In this document: positions 27,947 through 37,720 of the stretch, in pieces | Layout of the letters: the number at the start of each line of letters is the position of its first letter | Numbering within the stretch: the stretch's first letter is position 1 | IMG/VR virus record: IMGVR_UViG_3300014838_000015 | Coordinates: 1-64,000 of that record | Length of the DNA: 64,000 bases | Reading direction: 5' to 3' (one strand) | Source of the DNA: a virus | Made by a program: the position numbers and the translations under genes | The notes under the pieces: model-generated | Database searches by the model: none | Told to the model about the DNA's origin: nothing | The model's input: the letters and a program-made list of their open reading frames with translations, nothing else

Positions 27947-28261
27947 CTAAGTATTGCATACGTTGATGTTAATGACGACCGTGGTTGGCACGCGGTCGCG
28001 CTCAGCATCAACAACCTGTTCATTCGTTGGTCTCCAACCATCAATCCACGCACGCTGCCTGGGCCAGGCCCACAGCCTTGCACATCTATCGCAGCAAGTG
28101 AACCTATTGTAGGAAACCTCATCGTCACAGGAACGCATCAGGTGATCACACAGTGGGCACGAAATTGGAACGCTCGGCGTAGCATCGTTCGGTACGATGA
28201 CAACGAATCCCTCAAGTTGTTCCTCGATCAAACGATCGTTCAGGTACGGTCTCCACGCCAT
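27947..28261 (-). CDS. Small Zn-binding protein
   Basis: CPLC...CCDRC. Confidence 0.55.
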   Translation of the reverse strand: MAWRPYLNDRLIEEQLEGFVVIVPNDATPSVPISCPLCDHLMRSCDDEVSYNRFTCCDRCARLWAWPRQRAWIDGWRPTNEQVVDAERDRVPTTVVININVCNT

Positions 28262-30849
28262 GACTCATTATACGTCACGCGTGAATCCTTTTCGTCCCTC
28301 GTTATCTCGATCACGTGATCAGCTATGTCCTTTGCGCCATCGACGTGCGTTATCAGAATTATCGTCCTAAAGTAATGTTTCAACGAAACAAGCAAACGAT
28401 TGCACGCTTCGACCTGCGCAGCATCCAGGTTTCCAATCTCATCAAGAACGAAGAAATCAGGTTTCGGCAACGATGAAACGTTGATCAACGCAACTCGAAG
28501 CGCTATCGAGGCAATCGTCTTCTCCATGCCGCTACCAAGTTCAATAGGACGACGCGAATCACCATAGTTGATGTAGATTTCAAGCGAATCACCTGTCTCA
28601 TCGTCTAAAACCAACTCAACGTTGAAATCAACGATCCCTTGAAGTATCTTCGTTATCTCTGCATTGATGATAGGAAGCTGCGAAGCAACGATCATGCTAG
28701 GAATACCCTTCTTAGAAAACGCCTGCATGATCAGCTCGTGAGCACGCATCGTTTGTAGCAAATCAGAACGATTCTTAGCATCAATCATCAATTTATCGAG
28801 TTCAAGTTGGACGCGTCCCATCTCCGTTGCCAACGACATGCTCTCAGACTCAAGCTTCTTGAACGAACGTGATGCCTCGTCTATGCTATGTCGCAACGTG
28901 ACAACCTCAAGGTTTTCCTCGTTCTTCAACGCCTCTGTGATTTCAACCAGCCTCTGCTTCGATGAAACAATGAACGTTTCAAGCTCCAACTTCTGCGTCT
29001 CCAACTTCACGAGTTCAGTGTTCTTCATCGACGTGTCAAGGCGTAGCCTGTTTCGAAGTTCAATCAGTTGCTCAAGCTTCTGTACCTTCCCAAGCAAATC
29101 CTCACGTTTCAATTCATCGAATGATTTGATCACAACGTTGAGCTTTTCTAAGGCATCGTTAACCCTCTCACGTTGCGGCCCGATACGTTCCTTATTCTTA
29201 TGAGCATCCTTGATGAACCTACATGTTGGAAAAGAATCACCGCACGGTACATCATCAAGTATTTTAAGCGATCTCTCCTGCTGCGCAAGCAACGTTTCGT
29301 CCCTCTCGTGAACCAACTTCAACGATTCAACGGATGATTCAATCGCTCTATACGCATCCAACCTTCTCTTCAACTCAGCGGGGTCGTTATCATTAAGCAA
29401 ACGTTCGATTGAAGAAACCTTTCCATCGTTCTTTTCTATGTCACTTTTCGTTTTACCAATGTTTTTGATCACAACGTTCAACTTGTTAGAAAGAGATACG
29501 ATCCTATTTTCTTCGTGTTCTCGCTGTATTTCAGTGACTGGAACGATGTCGCTAAACGATAACAACTCGTGCTTCAATGAATCAAGCATCATGCTTATAC
29601 CGTGACGCTCATAATCATTATCACGTATTGAATCTGCACACGTTATCAACCGTTGCCTAAACGTCGTTTCAAGCTTCGACCAATCGCGATCAGGAACGCT
29701 TCGAAGAGCCAATTTGCTGACGTTGACATCATCCTTTGCAAGTGAATGCATCTGATCAAATATGTCAAGGTCAAGAAACCTTGAAAGGTGTTGACGACGC
29801 TTCGTCGATCCTTGATTTATGTACTGTTTAACATCATCCTGCGTTGCTACGCTAGTCAATAAACAATCATCACCCGTTCCAATCAACCTACGTATCGTTC
29901 TTTCTGTGTCCTTCCTTTCTTCGCCTACAAGGTCAATCGCCTCACCATTCTCATTCATTCTGAAAACGTTCAATGATGTGTTTGCATTGACCTGACCCGT
30001 ACGTTTCTCGTGTTTCGTCGTCTGACGTTCAATCACATAATCAACACCAGCAACGTTCACTATCGCTCGTGTATAACAGTATGGATGACGAGCGTTGACA
30101 ACGTAAAGGTTCTTTATGTTTCCTCTGTCGGTCATGTTGAACAGTGAATACATGATCGTACCGATGATCGATGACTTACCTGCACGGTTCTGGCCAAAGA
30201 TTCCAACTATTCCAGGAAGCTTATCAAAGCTTATCTCGTTGCCTTTACCGTAATTGAACGTGTTGTCGAACTGCACGTGCCGCAACGACCACTTCGTGTT
30301 ACGAACGTCATCGTCCTTACCGACACAACCCGCAAGGTACGTTACAACCTGTTCACGAACAACGTTCCATTCGTTATCAGTGATGTTTTGTTGACCGTCG
30401 TAGTAATCCTTCAATAGACTAAGAAGAACATCGGGACTGCGTAGATCATCCTTGACCAACGTTGCTACGCCGGTCATTATCACATCGTTGTTCACCTGTT
30501 GATCGTTTTTGAACGTAACCTCAGTTGCCTTCAACGATTGTTGAAGCTCGCTTGTGATGTCAACAAGGTCCTTCTGCGTGAGCAGATTTGTGCTCCTGAT
30601 CCTAAACCTGCTCCCCTCAGGATACGATCGAGCAACATCAATGATATCAGACGTGTTACCATTCCAATCAAGCGTAACGTAAGGATTGCTGTTTGGTAGT
30701 TCATGAAACGAAACATCGAACCTAGATCGTTCATCAATATCCCACAATAGGAAACCATGCGAAAGAGATTCAGCATAATTCTGTTGAATAACAGTTCCAG
30801 GATATGCAATGAATGGCTTTTTCGTTCTAATCTTCAGTTTATTACTCAC
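28240..30849 (-). CDS. gp46/SbcC/Rad50-like ATPase with the C-terminal half of the gp47/SbcD nuclease fused at its N-terminus
   Basis: N-terminal YPGTVIQQNYAE..HG; Walker A GQNRAGKSS; zinc hook PCGDSFPTC; signature GSGME; LDE; ITH. Confidence 0.9.
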   Translation of the reverse strand: MSNKLKIRTKKPFIAYPGTVIQQNYAESLSHGFLLWDIDERSRFDVSFHELPNSNPYVTLDWNGNTSDIIDVARSYPEGSRFRIRSTNLLTQKDLVDITSELQQSLKATEVTFKNDQQVNNDVIMTGVATLVKDDLRSPDVLLSLLKDYYDGQQNITDNEWNVVREQVVTYLAGCVGKDDDVRNTKWSLRHVQFDNTFNYGKGNEISFDKLPGIVGIFGQNRAGKSSIIGTIMYSLFNMTDRGNIKNLYVVNARHPYCYTRAIVNVAGVDYVIERQTTKHEKRTGQVNANTSLNVFRMNENGEAIDLVGEERKDTERTIRRLIGTGDDCLLTSVATQDDVKQYINQGSTKRRQHLSRFLDLDIFDQMHSLAKDDVNVSKLALRSVPDRDWSKLETTFRQRLITCADSIRDNDYERHGISMMLDSLKHELLSFSDIVPVTEIQREHEENRIVSLSNKLNVVIKNIGKTKSDIEKNDGKVSSIERLLNDNDPAELKRRLDAYRAIESSVESLKLVHERDETLLAQQERSLKILDDVPCGDSFPTCRFIKDAHKNKERIGPQRERVNDALEKLNVVIKSFDELKREDLLGKVQKLEQLIELRNRLRLDTSMKNTELVKLETQKLELETFIVSSKQRLVEITEALKNEENLEVVTLRHSIDEASRSFKKLESESMSLATEMGRVQLELDKLMIDAKNRSDLLQTMRAHELIMQAFSKKGIPSMIVASQLPIINAEITKILQGIVDFNVELVLDDETGDSLEIYINYGDSRRPIELGSGMEKTIASIALRVALINVSSLPKPDFFVLDEIGNLDAAQVEACNRLLVSLKHYFRTIILITHVDGAKDIADHVIEITRDEKDSRVTYNESWRGDRT

Positions 30850-31496
30850 CCAATCACCTCTGCTCCTGGGTACTTGCTAAGATCACATTCATCAATTTCT
30901 AACTCAACGTCCCTATGTGCAAGATACTGCAACTTGTGTATATCACCAAGCATCACGAAGTCCCAACCATCAAAAAAATCCGTTGTCACACCCTCATCTA
31001 TCAACCATTCAGTTTCTGACAAAGCACCACGAACCGGACCATGATAACACGCAATGTTGATCTTACCTTCAACGGGTTTAACAATCGACCAATTGTTCGA
31101 ATCAAACAAGCTAAACACACCAAACACGTAACCCGCAGCAAACTCATAAACTCCACTGTTCTTGTAAAGATGAACCTTTGGGTTGTTGAGTGCTGCAACG
31201 ATTGGTGAAATTGCATCTTGCCTCGTGAGATTTGCAAGGTTCATATCGTGGTTTCCCAACGTAACATGAACATCAGCAACCAAAGACAACGTGTTAAACA
31301 TCCAACACATGAACTCAATGCATTCAGGCGACATACCCGAACACTTCGTATGAAACACATCGCCACCAATGTAAATGTGATCAATGCAGTGCAGTTTACA
31401 CTGCTTCACAAACTCAATAAAAACCGCCTTGTATTCCTGGTGTCGAGAGATGTTACGGACGTGCACATCAGCGATGTGCGCAATACGAATTGCCAT
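30846..31496 (-). CDS. gp47/SbcD/Mre11-like metallophosphoesterase, N-terminal part
   Basis: ADVH, GGDVFH, GNHD, YHG, GDIH. Confidence 0.9.
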   Translation of the reverse strand: MAIRIAHIADVHVRNISRHQEYKAVFIEFVKQCKLHCIDHIYIGGDVFHTKCSGMSPECIEFMCWMFNTLSLVADVHVTLGNHDMNLANLTRQDAISPIVAALNNPKVHLYKNSGVYEFAAGYVFGVFSLFDSNNWSIVKPVEGKINIACYHGPVRGALSETEWLIDEGVTTDFFDGWDFVMLGDIHKLQYLAHRDVELEIDECDLSKYPGAEVIG

Positions 31497-31541
31497 GTTT
31501 AAACACAATAAAGCATTCTACGATGGTTTACACGTGAACTA

Positions 31542-32507
31542 TCACAGCGCTTCCAATCGATCGTTAAACGTATCATCCCAACAATATTGCTTCGCTTCAC
31601 GTAAGCGCTCTAAAAATTCGCTTTTTGTCATATCACCTGGATCAGTTGGCACGTGAACGATCCTCACGCTAACATCGTACTCCGCCAACTTCCTTGCGAC
31701 TCTAGGCATCTTCTTCGTACGCATATCAGCGTCCATTGCAAGCGCGATCGGTGTGTTGTTGACAACGATGGCATTGAACAATGCCGAACGTTCATTCAAA
31801 TCGCTACCCAACATCGACACTGCGTTATCTGGACACTTCATCAGGTCGAACGGTCCCTCGCATAGCACGAGCTCACGTGACCAATCAACGTTGAGCTCAT
31901 TGAAGATGATTGGGTACTTGTCAACGTTTGGACTATCATACTTCGGTCGACGAAACTTATCAACCGCTCTACCGGTGAAGTAATTGAGCTCTCCATCAAC
32001 ATCAAACGACGGTACAATCACTCGACGTCTCCATCTAGGATCATCGCTATAACCTAGCTTGAAGTACCACATATCACGCTCGCTTACCTTCCTACGAGAT
32101 AATTCACTACGAAGAGCCAATGCATCAGGATCGCGCATTGATGACGTAACGATCAACCTAAAATCATCTGGCAGAACTAACTTTGGTGCTAAATCAACGT
32201 CAATGTCGCGTTGTTTCTTCGCTCGCTCGGTTTCAGGCATGTACCTGTTACGATACTCGTTTAGTTTATCTGCAGAACCGTACTTTTTTATCAACGGTGC
32301 TAGAGTAAACGCCTTGTACCCGCAAGACCAACAATGCAAACGTCCATCAGCGATGTGAATTGATAACTTCTTCTTCGTTTTATCAGTTGAAGCGCAAATG
32401 GGACACCACACGTCGAAGTTCGCTGAGTCACGCGACAGCTTACCAGAACCAAATATCGATTCAACGAATCGAATGTGTTCGGTGATGCTGATGGGTGACA
32501 CGACCAC
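31542..32507 (-). CDS. DNA primase (zinc finger + TOPRIM)
   Basis: CPIC...HCWSC; FTGR; EGPFD; DAD. Confidence 0.9.
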   Translation of the reverse strand: MVVSPISITEHIRFVESIFGSGKLSRDSANFDVWCPICASTDKTKKKLSIHIADGRLHCWSCGYKAFTLAPLIKKYGSADKLNEYRNRYMPETERAKKQRDIDVDLAPKLVLPDDFRLIVTSSMRDPDALALRSELSRRKVSERDMWYFKLGYSDDPRWRRRVIVPSFDVDGELNYFTGRAVDKFRRPKYDSPNVDKYPIIFNELNVDWSRELVLCEGPFDLMKCPDNAVSMLGSDLNERSALFNAIVVNNTPIALAMDADMRTKKMPRVARKLAEYDVSVRIVHVPTDPGDMTKSEFLERLREAKQYCWDDTFNDRLEAL

Positions 32508-32528
32508 AAACTACCATAATTGAGGCAT

Positions 32529-33134
32529 CTACTTCACTTTTTGTTTCTTTTGCTTCTTCACAACAACGATTGGACCACAAATTGATGCCGCTCTCGCAAC
32601 TACGTATGCATCCGTGGTATCGTAACTACGATCAACGGGTTCACCATTTTTCTTTAGTTCCCAAGCAACGTGTTTCAGATCATGTTCGCGCATGTGCTTG
32701 AAAACCTGAGATTTCTGTGGTCCGCCAAGAGCGGTTTTTAGTAGTTTGATTCCACAAAGCTTTCTTGCGTGTCCAGAACCAATATATTCAGGTTCCTTCT
32801 GAAAAACGTTGCGAGCAACGTAGCTAACAATGCCATTGAACTTCATCAACGTTGAAATTGTCATAGCAGACGACATACCCGGTCTAAACGACATCAATGC
32901 TTCTTCAAGAACGATGCGATCCAGCATAATTTCTAACCCATTGGAACTGAGCATTTTTTGAAAAAAACGTACTACGCAATCAGCCTTTTCAAACAACGTC
33001 TTTTTGCCCTTGGTGAAATCAACAGAATCAAGCAACAATATGTGACTTCCCTTGTCATCAGGTACAACTTCAGAATCGACGATGGCCACGCCCATAACGC
33101 TCGTTGAAACGTCAAGTCCTAAGATAGTGCTCAT
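32529..33134 (-). CDS. RuvC-like Holliday junction resolvase
   Basis: ILGLDVSTS..G, IVLEE, K..V, DTTDAY. Confidence 0.8.
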   Translation of the reverse strand: MSTILGLDVSTSVMGVAIVDSEVVPDDKGSHILLLDSVDFTKGKKTLFEKADCVVRFFQKMLSSNGLEIMLDRIVLEEALMSFRPGMSSAMTISTLMKFNGIVSYVARNVFQKEPEYIGSGHARKLCGIKLLKTALGGPQKSQVFKHMREHDLKHVAWELKKNGEPVDRSYDTTDAYVVARAASICGPIVVVKKQKKQKVK

Positions 33135-33180
33135 GATCGACTATAACACACCTGCACCCACAGGTGGTCACGAGAACGCA

Positions 33181-33582
33181 CTACTTCAAGAGACCAAGAA
33201 CCTTCAACTCGTTCTCAGTGATCACGACCAGGGCGGTTTGGTGGGCACTACACCACTCCCGTGCAGCGTTTAGCTTCTTTACCACGTTCGCCTGCGTGAC
33301 ACGCTTCGAAGGTTTGATTTCAACAATGGCATGCGTATCATCAACGTACGTTAGTAAAAAATCAGGATAATACTTCCGAATTTTCCCAGTTCTAACGTTG
33401 CTCACATATGGTATGATGACGCTCTCATATGACCATGTCAAAATCGATGGTTCGCCATCAAGATATTGCATATACGATAATTCCCAGCCACTCCTATACT
33501 TGCACGTCAATCCGGTTTTTAACGATGTGTAAATTCCTGTGTGATAGTGACCACGACGCTTCTTTCGTCTACGTTTCTTCAT
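33181..33582 (-). CDS. gp4-like head completion / TnsA-like nuclease
   Basis: YRSGWE, WSYE..IPY, YYPDF, EIKP, K..AA..WC, ITE.EL. Confidence 0.8.
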   Translation of the reverse strand: MKKRRRKKRRGHYHTGIYTSLKTGLTCKYRSGWELSYMQYLDGEPSILTWSYESVIIPYVSNVRTGKIRKYYPDFLLTYVDDTHAIVEIKPSKRVTQANVVKKLNAAREWCSAHQTALVVITENELKVLGLLK

Positions 33583-33583
33583 G

Positions 33584-36500
33584 TTAAAAATCAAACTTGC
33601 ACTTGAACATAATTGCATCGCCTTGTCTCTTTGCAATTGGCTGCGCCAGTGATGTTTTTAAAACAACGTTTAGATCCTTATCGTGAAAATTAATGTTTGA
33701 CACATATACAAACTTATTTTCAGGATCGTTCGGATAACCAGTCGGAGGCAACGGTAAATAACACGGATTGCTTGATGAATTCAATTGATTGCTTGGCGCA
33801 AGCGCATCAAGCTTCATGACGTGAACGTGTTGCTCACCACGCATGTACATTGACCACTGGTTCTGACCGAAAAAGTACAAGTGCGGGCTCTTAATGATCG
33901 CCAATCCCTCATCGTAGTACAAATTTCCGACGGAATTCCACGTTGCCTGTGTCGTCAAACAATCTGCGCGGTAAACGTTTCCTCGTCCATCGTCGGCAAG
34001 TTTGATGCGAATGGGCCCCGATTTAGGCGTCATATTCGATCCGAGAAGGCTTGACTGCAACAAGTCTTGATCGCTGACCGTAAACGTCGTCGGACTGATC
34101 CTGAATCCGTAGAACATGTTGCTAGCGTCGAACACAACGACCTCGTTCGATGATGGATCCTGCGTACGTTGATACACCGTGAGAGGTGCACCTGCCTCCA
34201 CATCGCTTCCTGACTGTACAGTGTTGATGTAGTTCGACATCGCCGGACCTGTATTCGCGAACGGCGTTTCGGGTGTCGCACCTATCTGAATGTTAGCGAA
34301 CTCGTTCACGTCTGCATCAGGTTGCGAACCATCATCAAACGTACCTGCACCAAACATCAACGTTGTCGGTGAAACCATGTTATCGAGACCAATGAAGCTC
34401 AGTTCGTCTATTCCAAGATCGTCGATGGCACGAACGAGGCTCTCTGATTGCAGGTATTGAAAGCTAGGAACGAAGTTACCATCATCACATGGTAGGATCG
34501 TTAGGTTACGCTTAGCAACGAACGGTTGCGAATACAGAAACTCATTGCACGTCTCTGCTTCCGGAGTCGATGACTGCAACGCAACGCCGGTGAGATGGTG
34601 AAGCATTGGAAATTGCTTTGCCGCAAAATCCTTGACAAAGTTCTCTAGGTTGATGTAGTGACCTGCAACGCCAAACGATAACGCAACGCTGAACGGAGTG
34701 TACGTCGTACCATCAACCTCCTCAAACGGTGTGACCAACAACCCGCCGTGATCATCGACGAACTGTCTATACGGCGATTGTTCAACGAAGAACGGTGGCA
34801 CAAAGAACGCAAACGTCTTATCAAGAAAAACTGGTCCAATCGACGATGACGTAGCGATATCGAGGTCGGAAAGGTAACACGTCCTGAACGAAACGTTGTG
34901 CAGCTCAGCGTTCAACGGATGATTGAATGCATACGATGGAGGCGTTTCTATCGTAGCGGTATCATCGGCAAGAAGAACGTTTAGACCATCACGTGTCGCT
35001 GGATCGGTCGCAAAGAACATTGCCTGAGCGTTCGCCGTATTATTCGAACCCTCGTAGAAGTTACCCAAGCATAGAACGTCAGGATCCTCTTGCACAACAT
35101 CAACGGGTTTATCATCAGACCACCGCGATAGATCAAACGATGTCGGAGAGATAGAACTGCATGGAACAACGAACGAACCAACGTCTGTGCCATCAACGTT
35201 GAAGGTGCCTGAACCGTGATTTATGAGGTTGGTTCCCCATCTAACAACAACGTGGTGCCAGTGATTGTGTTGCAGAACGTTATCGTTAGAAATGAACACC
35301 ATGCTGCTAGACGGGTACTGAATCACGCTATCAATGTTACGATACGTGCCAAACGGGGCATTCACGTGAATGCCCCCAGAACTATCCTGTAACACGTACG
35401 ATGGAGGAATGTCAGCTGAACAACTCAACTGCAACTGCAACCTGAAACCAGACGTTCGACCGTTCACGTCCTTCGCTGAACCGCTGATCAACGATAACGC
35501 AAACGTCGATGAAAGGTGCATGATGCAACCAGGTTTGAACGAACCGTTTTGTTCATCTGGTTGATAGCGTGGGTTGATATAGAAATCAAAGCTCCAGCTT
35601 GTCAATGGCGTGTAAACACCAACATTGACATTTTTAGTTGGAATGTTTGGGTACAACAAAACAGATGATTCAGGAACGACTGACGCGGTGAAGAAATTCA
35701 ATGCATTGTAGTTCGTGTACGCATAGTGTGCGGTCGGATACGAAACCCTGTAGTACGGATTTAGTTGGTCCTTGATCGTCAACTTCCTCAACGTATTGCT
35801 GTTGAACAACGGTGGAGGAGAAAAGATGTTGATATCCAACGTTTCAGCTAGACGAGCGGCTTGAGGCTGCGTAGCACAACCGATCATGTATTGATCAATG
35901 ATTGATGTGAAATCTGGTTGCAAATCAGACGTTAGAAACGTAAAAGTGCTGGCCTCTGGAGTCAAGAACGTACCCACGCTTGACGGAGCAAATCCTGAAG
36001 GAAACGTGTAAAAAGCTGGTGTCAAAGGAGACGACAAACTCTCTGGATATGAAACGGATTCAAGATTGATGTACTTCGAAAACACAGGACCCGACGTCAG
36101 CGTCGTCGAACCCACTACGGTGGGTAACACCGCGTGAGATACAGTGTCAGTCAACAAACCCGTCAACGTTGTTGCCATAGACGAAAAGTAGTTGTTCGTC
36201 AATCCTGTAACGTTGATTCTAGACAAACTCTGCGCTTCCTGAGCGATCTGTGACGGCGTCAACGCCGTGTTTGCCCACAACGACACCTCGCAAACATCGA
36301 CGTTGTAACCAGTTTCATCAAAATAATAATATGCACTAGAATTTGACGAAATTCCCGTTGCTAACGTAACGCTTGATGGAACATGACCAGCAAGTCCATA
36401 ATACAATGTTAAATTTCCGCCGATCGTTCCAACGATTGCGATGTAGTTCCAAACACCAGGCACCGTGATTGGTGAACCATAAGTGTACTGCGTACCAGCG

Positions 36501-36997
36501 TAGTAGAAGTATAGGTTACCACCCCCCTGAGCAACGGCAAATTGTCCTGAAGCAGCACCCAAATACGATGCACTGCCAGCAATCGAGGTGGTATTGTAGA
36601 AGCACATATACGTAAATGCCGTGGTGAATGCGGGAATGCTACCGCCAACACCTTGCACATATGCCCCAGCGGGAATTGAAATTGCAGAAGCAGGAAATCC
36701 ATTCACGAACTGTGCATAGTACGAACCAACAACGTCGGTGTACGTCGATGCATTTCTGATAGACTTACCAACGTTCTGTGCCGATTGTAACAACGTCGAT
36801 AGATCGGAATCATCGTGCGCGCCATCGATGAACGATGAATCGGGTTGAATATCCTTCTGAATCAACGAGTGTCGTGGATATAGGTTGATCGATCCAACTG
36901 GACCACCCGTTGAGCTCGACGAGTACGAAACGATCGGATTCGTGACAACGCTGAACGTTTCAACGTCTGTTTGATCAAACGGGTAAATCGATGGCAT
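33584..36997 (-). CDS. Large virion structural protein with LamG-like domains
   Basis: WNYIAIV and WHHVVVRW LamG-like strands; C-terminal GNLYY..G, NSSSNP, YVSNINFHD...LAQPIAK...KFDF shared with 38544-39857. Confidence 0.65.
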   Translation of the reverse strand: MPSIYPFDQTDVETFSVVTNPIVSYSSSSTGGPVGSINLYPRHSLIQKDIQPDSSFIDGAHDDSDLSTLLQSAQNVGKSIRNASTYTDVVGSYYAQFVNGFPASAISIPAGAYVQGVGGSIPAFTTAFTYMCFYNTTSIAGSASYLGAASGQFAVAQGGGNLYFYYAGTQYTYGSPITVPGVWNYIAIVGTIGGNLTLYYGLAGHVPSSVTLATGISSNSSAYYYFDETGYNVDVCEVSLWANTALTPSQIAQEAQSLSRINVTGLTNNYFSSMATTLTGLLTDTVSHAVLPTVVGSTTLTSGPVFSKYINLESVSYPESLSSPLTPAFYTFPSGFAPSSVGTFLTPEASTFTFLTSDLQPDFTSIIDQYMIGCATQPQAARLAETLDINIFSPPPLFNSNTLRKLTIKDQLNPYYRVSYPTAHYAYTNYNALNFFTASVVPESSVLLYPNIPTKNVNVGVYTPLTSWSFDFYINPRYQPDEQNGSFKPGCIMHLSSTFALSLISGSAKDVNGRTSGFRLQLQLSCSADIPPSYVLQDSSGGIHVNAPFGTYRNIDSVIQYPSSSMVFISNDNVLQHNHWHHVVVRWGTNLINHGSGTFNVDGTDVGSFVVPCSSISPTSFDLSRWSDDKPVDVVQEDPDVLCLGNFYEGSNNTANAQAMFFATDPATRDGLNVLLADDTATIETPPSYAFNHPLNAELHNVSFRTCYLSDLDIATSSSIGPVFLDKTFAFFVPPFFVEQSPYRQFVDDHGGLLVTPFEEVDGTTYTPFSVALSFGVAGHYINLENFVKDFAAKQFPMLHHLTGVALQSSTPEAETCNEFLYSQPFVAKRNLTILPCDDGNFVPSFQYLQSESLVRAIDDLGIDELSFIGLDNMVSPTTLMFGAGTFDDGSQPDADVNEFANIQIGATPETPFANTGPAMSNYINTVQSGSDVEAGAPLTVYQRTQDPSSNEVVVFDASNMFYGFRISPTTFTVSDQDLLQSSLLGSNMTPKSGPIRIKLADDGRGNVYRADCLTTQATWNSVGNLYYDEGLAIIKSPHLYFFGQNQWSMYMRGEQHVHVMKLDALAPSNQLNSSSNPCYLPLPPTGYPNDPENKFVYVSNINFHDKDLNVVLKTSLAQPIAKRQGDAIMFKCKFDF

Positions 36998-37046
36998 AAC
37001 GTTACGTGTATGTAACTATACCCCGTGATCAGGCCGCGAGCTGCTA

Positions 37047-37703
37047 TCAACCACGGTGCTTGCCAAGAACGAGCGGAACGTAATCGTTTGGAACAGGTCT
37101 ATACATACCAAGATCTTTATTGACGACAACGATCAATCCTATTCTATCGGCGTTCGTTGGCTTAGTCGACCAAACCTCGTGCGTCTCATCAGCGTCAGGT
37201 ACAGAATCCTCAAGTGCCTTTGGAACCCCGTATTGACTGTTAGAATCAGGTTCAACGAACTGCTCAGGCACCTCATCGTTGTTCGTGGCCCACTTCTCCC
37301 ACTTTGGAAGATCAAAGTTCATTCCGTACTTGTTGTCGTTCGACGTTGGAAAATTACCGCTCGTGAGCTCAACATCAATCTCACCCGGTAGATTGTTACA
37401 TGCATACACGTGAATTATGTCGCCGTTAACAGCCGGCGACATGGCTTCGAATGCATCGTGAACAGATGGCGCCCATGAAATGCGACGCGTAAAATCATCC
37501 TCAATAACGTAGCCCCCATGACCGAACATGGGCATAGATGGTCGACGAGGAGTGAACGTGAACGAATCACCCAAATCTTGCCTGCTAAGGTGAAAGAAAT
37601 TCCATTTAGATTCATCAAAAAACGTTTCTTCATCGGCATCATCATCGCCGGGATCAAGCGATTGTTCGATCAATAGACGAAGGTCACGTATGCTGATCCT
37701 CAT
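37047..37703 (-). CDS. Putative ADP-ribosyltransferase-fold virion protein
   Basis: FFHLS...TPRRP...EDDFTRRISWAPS...VPDADETHEVW; N-terminal DLRLLIEQ. Fold assignment is inference. Confidence 0.45.
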   Translation of the reverse strand: MRISIRDLRLLIEQSLDPGDDDADEETFFDESKWNFFHLSRQDLGDSFTFTPRRPSMPMFGHGGYVIEDDFTRRISWAPSVHDAFEAMSPAVNGDIIHVYACNNLPGEIDVELTSGNFPTSNDNKYGMNFDLPKWEKWATNNDEVPEQFVEPDSNSQYGVPKALEDSVPDADETHEVWSTKPTNADRIGLIVVVNKDLGMYRPVPNDYVPLVLGKHRG

Positions 37704-37720
37704 GGAGTGTAAATATCAAA

